From NCBI GenBank assembly GCA_963817385.1, contig CAWFOM010000010.1, positions 160,001 through 224,000 of the forward strand: a stretch of 64,000 nucleotides of DNA. The letters run 5' to 3'. This document shows positions 59,995 to 64,000 of the stretch, one piece after another (the first letter of the stretch is position 1; each line of letters opens with the position of its first letter). This DNA is from an uncultured delta proteobacterium (GTDB lineage: Bacteria > Desulfobacterota > Syntrophia > Syntrophales > UBA5619). The notes under the pieces were generated by a model, which was given only the letters and a program-made list of their open reading frames with translations, ran no database searches and was not told the origin of the DNA. A program made the translations under genes and the position numbers.

Positions 59995-60221
59995 GCCCCA
60001 TCCGGACCAGGAGAGCTCCCGGGCAATCGGATTGCTCGAAACGGCGGCAAAAAGGTTCGTCTGGCGGTTCAGTTTTCGGTGCATTTGAGGTCCCTGATTT
60101 GCTGTGTGCTCAATGATAGCAAACTCTTGTGAAAGGACCCTAGCTGATTGCACCGAATATTCCAACCCCCAAATCGCTCTTTTGTGATATTTCTTAAACA
60201 GTTACAGTTTCCGGATGGAAC
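59995..60221 (-). mobile_element. Internally deleted IS relic (mini-IS, possibly ISNCY-like)
   Basis: Imperfect inverted ends GCCCCATCCGGA (59995-60006) and TCCGGATGGAAC (60210-60221) enclose a short minus-strand reading MHRKLNRQTNLF...NPIAREL from ATG 60084 that resembles a transposase N-terminus. Confidence 0.55.
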
Positions 60222-60336
60222 TGATTATCAATCAATTTGTCTTATAATGAGGACTTGCGTACAAGACAGAAACCGAAGACATATTTTGGGTTTCTCTCGT
60301 TTATGCTCATTGTTTTTTCGGTGACGGCGTTCTTCA

Positions 60337-63300
60337 TCACAGCATCCTCTCGATTTCACCCATCCGGGCATCGATTCGCTTGCGCGAAACGGGGATGGCG
60401 GTCTTGAGCTCCTGGGCGAAGAGCGAGACCTTGTACTCCTCGATCATCCAGGCGAATTCTTCCAGTGCCTGGCGCTTCTCCCCGGAGGCGTAAGGAGGGA
60501 GACTCCGGAACATCTCGTCGCGCCACTCGGCAAGCTTATGGATTTCCTTCCCCCGTTCGATGGCCTTCTCCAGGTGAACGGCGCCCCGCTCCGCGCGGAT
60601 GGTGAGGGCGCGCAGATACCGGACGATGTGGTTCAGGCGTTCCTCGTCATGGCGGATGAGAAAATCGGTGGGGAGAAGCCGGGAGAGTTCAGCCCGAAGT
60701 TCCGCCAGGAAGGAGAGAACCGGCCGGTTCCCGCTGTTGGCGCTCTCCAGGATGCGAAGCTGCTCCGTCGCCTCGTAAAGAGCCTTCAGCGGCGGTCCGG
60801 CCAGACCGGACGACCGCCTGCCCCCGGGGAAGGATCTGCGGGCGGACCTTGTCGGCGTGGGCCTCGAAAGCCGCCCGGGTACGGATGTCCGCGGCGAAGA
60901 GATCGTGCATTACCTTTTCCAGAAAGGCGATCTCCAGTGGCTTCACACCCCCGAAGGCCGCCGCCCAGAGCTTGAGCTCGCCCGCAGGGGCGATCCCCTT
61001 GCGCAGGTGCTTCATCTCATCACGGAAGCGAATCGCCAGGAGCGCCTTCACCCCCTGGCGATGGGCGCATCGGGCCTCGGGTTCGGACTGGAAAAGCCGG
61101 ATGCCGATCCCTGTCTCCGAGACGGCCAGGGCGGGAAAGGCGAGGGGGGCATGGTGGCCGCCCACGTTCAGGGTGACCCGCTCCGGCAGGTCCCCGAAGT
61201 CCCATTCAGTCAGGCCCGATTTCTCCCAGGTCAGCCGGGCCTTCGCAAAGGCCTGCGATTCCTGCTCCCCGACGAACTCCTGTCTGAGGACGCCGATGTC
61301 GCGCCCCGCGGCCAGTTCCCGACCCCTTGCCGTCCACAACGGCATAGCGCAGCTTCAGATGCTCTTCCAGCTCCTCCACGGGCCAGAGGTTCGCCGGGAT
61401 ATCGACCCCGTATGTCTTGAAGATAAAGCGGCCGAGGGCGGTGGGAAGAGGCCCCTCCTGCGTCATCTCCCGCAGGATGACATCGCAGGTCTGGTTGAGC
61501 GGCTGGAGCCTCTTGCGGTACTCCTTGGGGAGACCCCGCAGGAGAGCCATGACCTTCTCCCGGAGGAGCCCGGGAACCGCCCAATCCAGTGTATCGGCCG
61601 GGAGGGAGGGGATCGCCTGAACGGGGATCTTCAGGGTGATGCCGTCCAGGGGTTTCCCGGGTTCGAAGCGATAGACGAAAGGAAGACGCCAGCCTCCTGT
61701 GGAAACGGCTTCGGGATACAGGGCGATCTCTTCCGGATCGGGCTTCTTGACCAGCAGATCCTCTTCGCTCATCCGCAGAAAGGCGTCATCTCCCTTATCG
61801 CGGATCAGGCGTTGCAGCGTCCGGATATCGAAGATCCCGGGGAGCCGCTTTTCGTAGAACTGCGCCATCTCCTCCTCGCCGATGAGGAGGTCGTGGCGGC
61901 GGACCTTCTCCTCCATACCGGTGATCTTTTCGATCAGCGCCTGGTTGTGGATAAGGAAGGGGAGGGGACGCTTGATCTCTCCCTCGACGAGGGCGCTGCG
62001 GACGAAGATCCGGGAGGCCTCTTCAGGATCGATCCGGCCGAAGGAGACGGACCGGCCGGGGACGATGACGAGGCCGAAGAGGGTGACCTGTTCGGAGGCA
62101 ACGACTTCGCCGCGGTCCTTCTCCCAGTGCGGAGCGGAGTAGGTCCGGCGGCAGAGGTGGCCGCCGAGTTCCTCCAGCCAGCCGCTCTCGATGTTCGCCA
62201 CGCTCCGGGCGAAGAGGCGGGAGGTCTCGACCATCTCCGCCGCGACGATCCAGTTGCCGCCCCGGTTGAAGAGGCCGGAGCCGGGAAAGATCATCGCCTG
62301 CCGTCCCTGAGTGGCCGTGTAGAGGTTCTTCTCCTTCTTCACGGCGATGTGGCCGAGAAAGCCGCTCAGGATGGAACGGTGCATGGCCGCATAGAGATCG
62401 GCTCCCTCCTTTTTTGGCACCTGCTTTTGCTACCGCGGCGCTCTTGTGCGGGAGGAACTTCTGTTCGGCGAGGATCGTGAGGATCTGGTCATGGATGTCC
62501 CGCCATTCCCGCACCCGCCGGTAAGAGAGAAAATGGTCCCGGCAGAACTTGCGGAGCGCGGTTTCCGTTTTCGGGGATGCGCCGCGGCTGTGGCAGCGTC
62601 GCCAGATATTGAGGAGGGCCGAGAAGTCGGAAGCGGGGTCCTTGAACCGGGCGTGCGCCTGATCGGCCTGCGCCTCCTTGTCCGCCGGTCTCTCCCGCGG
62701 ATCCTGGATGGCGAGGGCCGCGGCGATGATCGTCACCTCCGGGAGGCACTCCTCCTTTCGGGCTTCGATGATCATCCGCGCTATCCGCGGATCGAGGGGG
62801 AGCCTCGCCATGATCCTCCCCCGCTCCGTCAGCCGCCAGGGATGGGTAGGACCGCGCTCATCCTTGTCTTCCGGTTCTATGGCGCCGAGCTCCAGGAGGA
62901 TCTCGATCCCGTCCCGGATGCTCTTCTGCGAGGGACGGTCGATGAAGGGAAAGGCGTCGATGTCGCCGAGGTTGAGGGCGAGCATCCGGAGGATCACGCC
63001 CGCCAGGTTGGAGCGGAGGATCTCCGGCGGCGTGTAGAGGGGGCGGCCGAGGTACTCTTCCTCCCCGTAGAGGCGTATGCAGATCCCGTTCTGGACGCGG
63101 CCGCAGCGGCCTTTGCGCTGATCGGCGCTGCTTCGGGAGATCGTCCGGACGGGAAGGCCCGCCGTCCGGGAGCGGGGATTGTACTGGGCGATCCGGGCCA
63201 GTCCCGTATCGATCACGTATCTGATCCCGGGGATCGTGATCGACGTCTCCGCCACGTTGGTCGCGACGACGATCTTCCGAGCCGTGAGCGGCCGGAAGAC

Positions 63301-64000
63301 CCGCTGCTGCTCTGCTGCGGTGAGACGCGAGAAGAGGGGGAGAATCGCCGCCTCTTCCCGGAGGCGCCCGTTAAGGAGACGCGCAGGTCTCGCGGATGTC
63401 CTGTTCCGTCGGCATGAAGATCAGGATGTCCCCCTGCTCGCGTCTGGCAATCAACTCGTCGACCGCGCGGACGGCCGCCTCGACGGGGGTGATCTCGCCC
63501 TTCTCTTCAAGTTTGGGGTCGAGGGGCTGATAGCGGACCTCGACGGGGTAGAGCCGTCCCGAGACTTCGATGATCGGGGCGTCGCCGAAGGCCTTCGAGA
63601 ATTTCTCCGTATCGATGGTCGCCGAGGTGATGACGACGTGGAGATCGCGCCGCCGGACGAGGAGGCCCTTCAGGATGCCCAGGATGAAGTCGATGTTGAG
63701 GCTCCGCTCATGGGCCTCGTCCACGATGATCGTGTCGTAGGCGCGAAGCAGGGGATCGTGATGGGTCTCCATGAGGAGGATCCCGTCGGTCATGATCTTG
63801 AAGAAGGCGTCGCGCGGGGTCTTGTCGTCGAAGCGGATCTTGTAGCCGACCGAACGGCCGATCTCTTCGCCCAGCTCTTCGGCGATCCTCCGGGCGACGG
63901 TGGTCGCCGCGATCCTCCGGGGCTGCGTGCAGCCGATGAGTCCGGTAAGCCCCCGGCCGGCCTCCAGGCACATCTTCGGGATCTGGGTGGTCTTCCCGGA
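60337..64000 (-). CDS. hrpA: ATP-dependent RNA helicase HrpA, 5' end outside window, about four frameshifts (near 63375, 62410, 61325, 60800)
   Basis: GKTTQIPK at the edge, [75 protein letters not shown], stop at 60337. Confidence 0.93.

Noticed and set aside
60849..63417. Long plus-strand ORFs (543 aa and 323 aa) over hrpA
   Set aside because: Antisense shadows in very GC-rich coding DNA.

Overview
Chromosomal window from an anaerobic bacterium. Gene content (tungsten-type AOR, acyl-CoA dehydrogenase/FadN/thiolase operon, Geobacter/Syntrophus-style pilin, folE2, sigma54 promoter) suggests Desulfobacterota, probably Syntrophales; this is inference. Left to right: (1) a divergent catabolic/uptake cluster: hotdog thioesterase, PabB-PabC fusion and nitrilase-family hydrolase on the minus strand; LIV-type ABC transporter, SDR, AOR+MoaD, amidohydrolase and CocE hydrolase on the plus strand; (2) hydantoinase/HDAC/CMD operon, small envelope genes and acetoacetate-CoA ligase; (3) queD-folE2-nadE; (4) a sigma54-driven type IV pilin followed by a ~14 kb glycosylation locus with tandem TMTC-like GT-C+TPR genes, two more GT-C-like proteins, nucleotide-sugar enzymes, a DPM1-like GT2, a methyltransferase and gene relics; (5) TetR plus beta-oxidation genes; (6) tRNA-Val followed by an AT-richer block with a divergent PGK and a V4R/PAS kinase-receiver pair; (7) bepA-like protease, cmk-rpsA-sppA, enoyl-CoA hydratase, a stand-alone sigma70 region-4 protein, a mini-IS relic and hrpA running off the right edge. 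Many genes, including housekeeping ones, carry single-base frameshifts that most likely reflect long-read consensus errors. No CRISPR array, rRNA or intact mobile element was seen. The best candidate for an undescribed system is the pilin plus lipid-linked-sugar GT-C (TMTC-like) protein O-glycosylation locus. All family calls are from motif recognition, not database searches.
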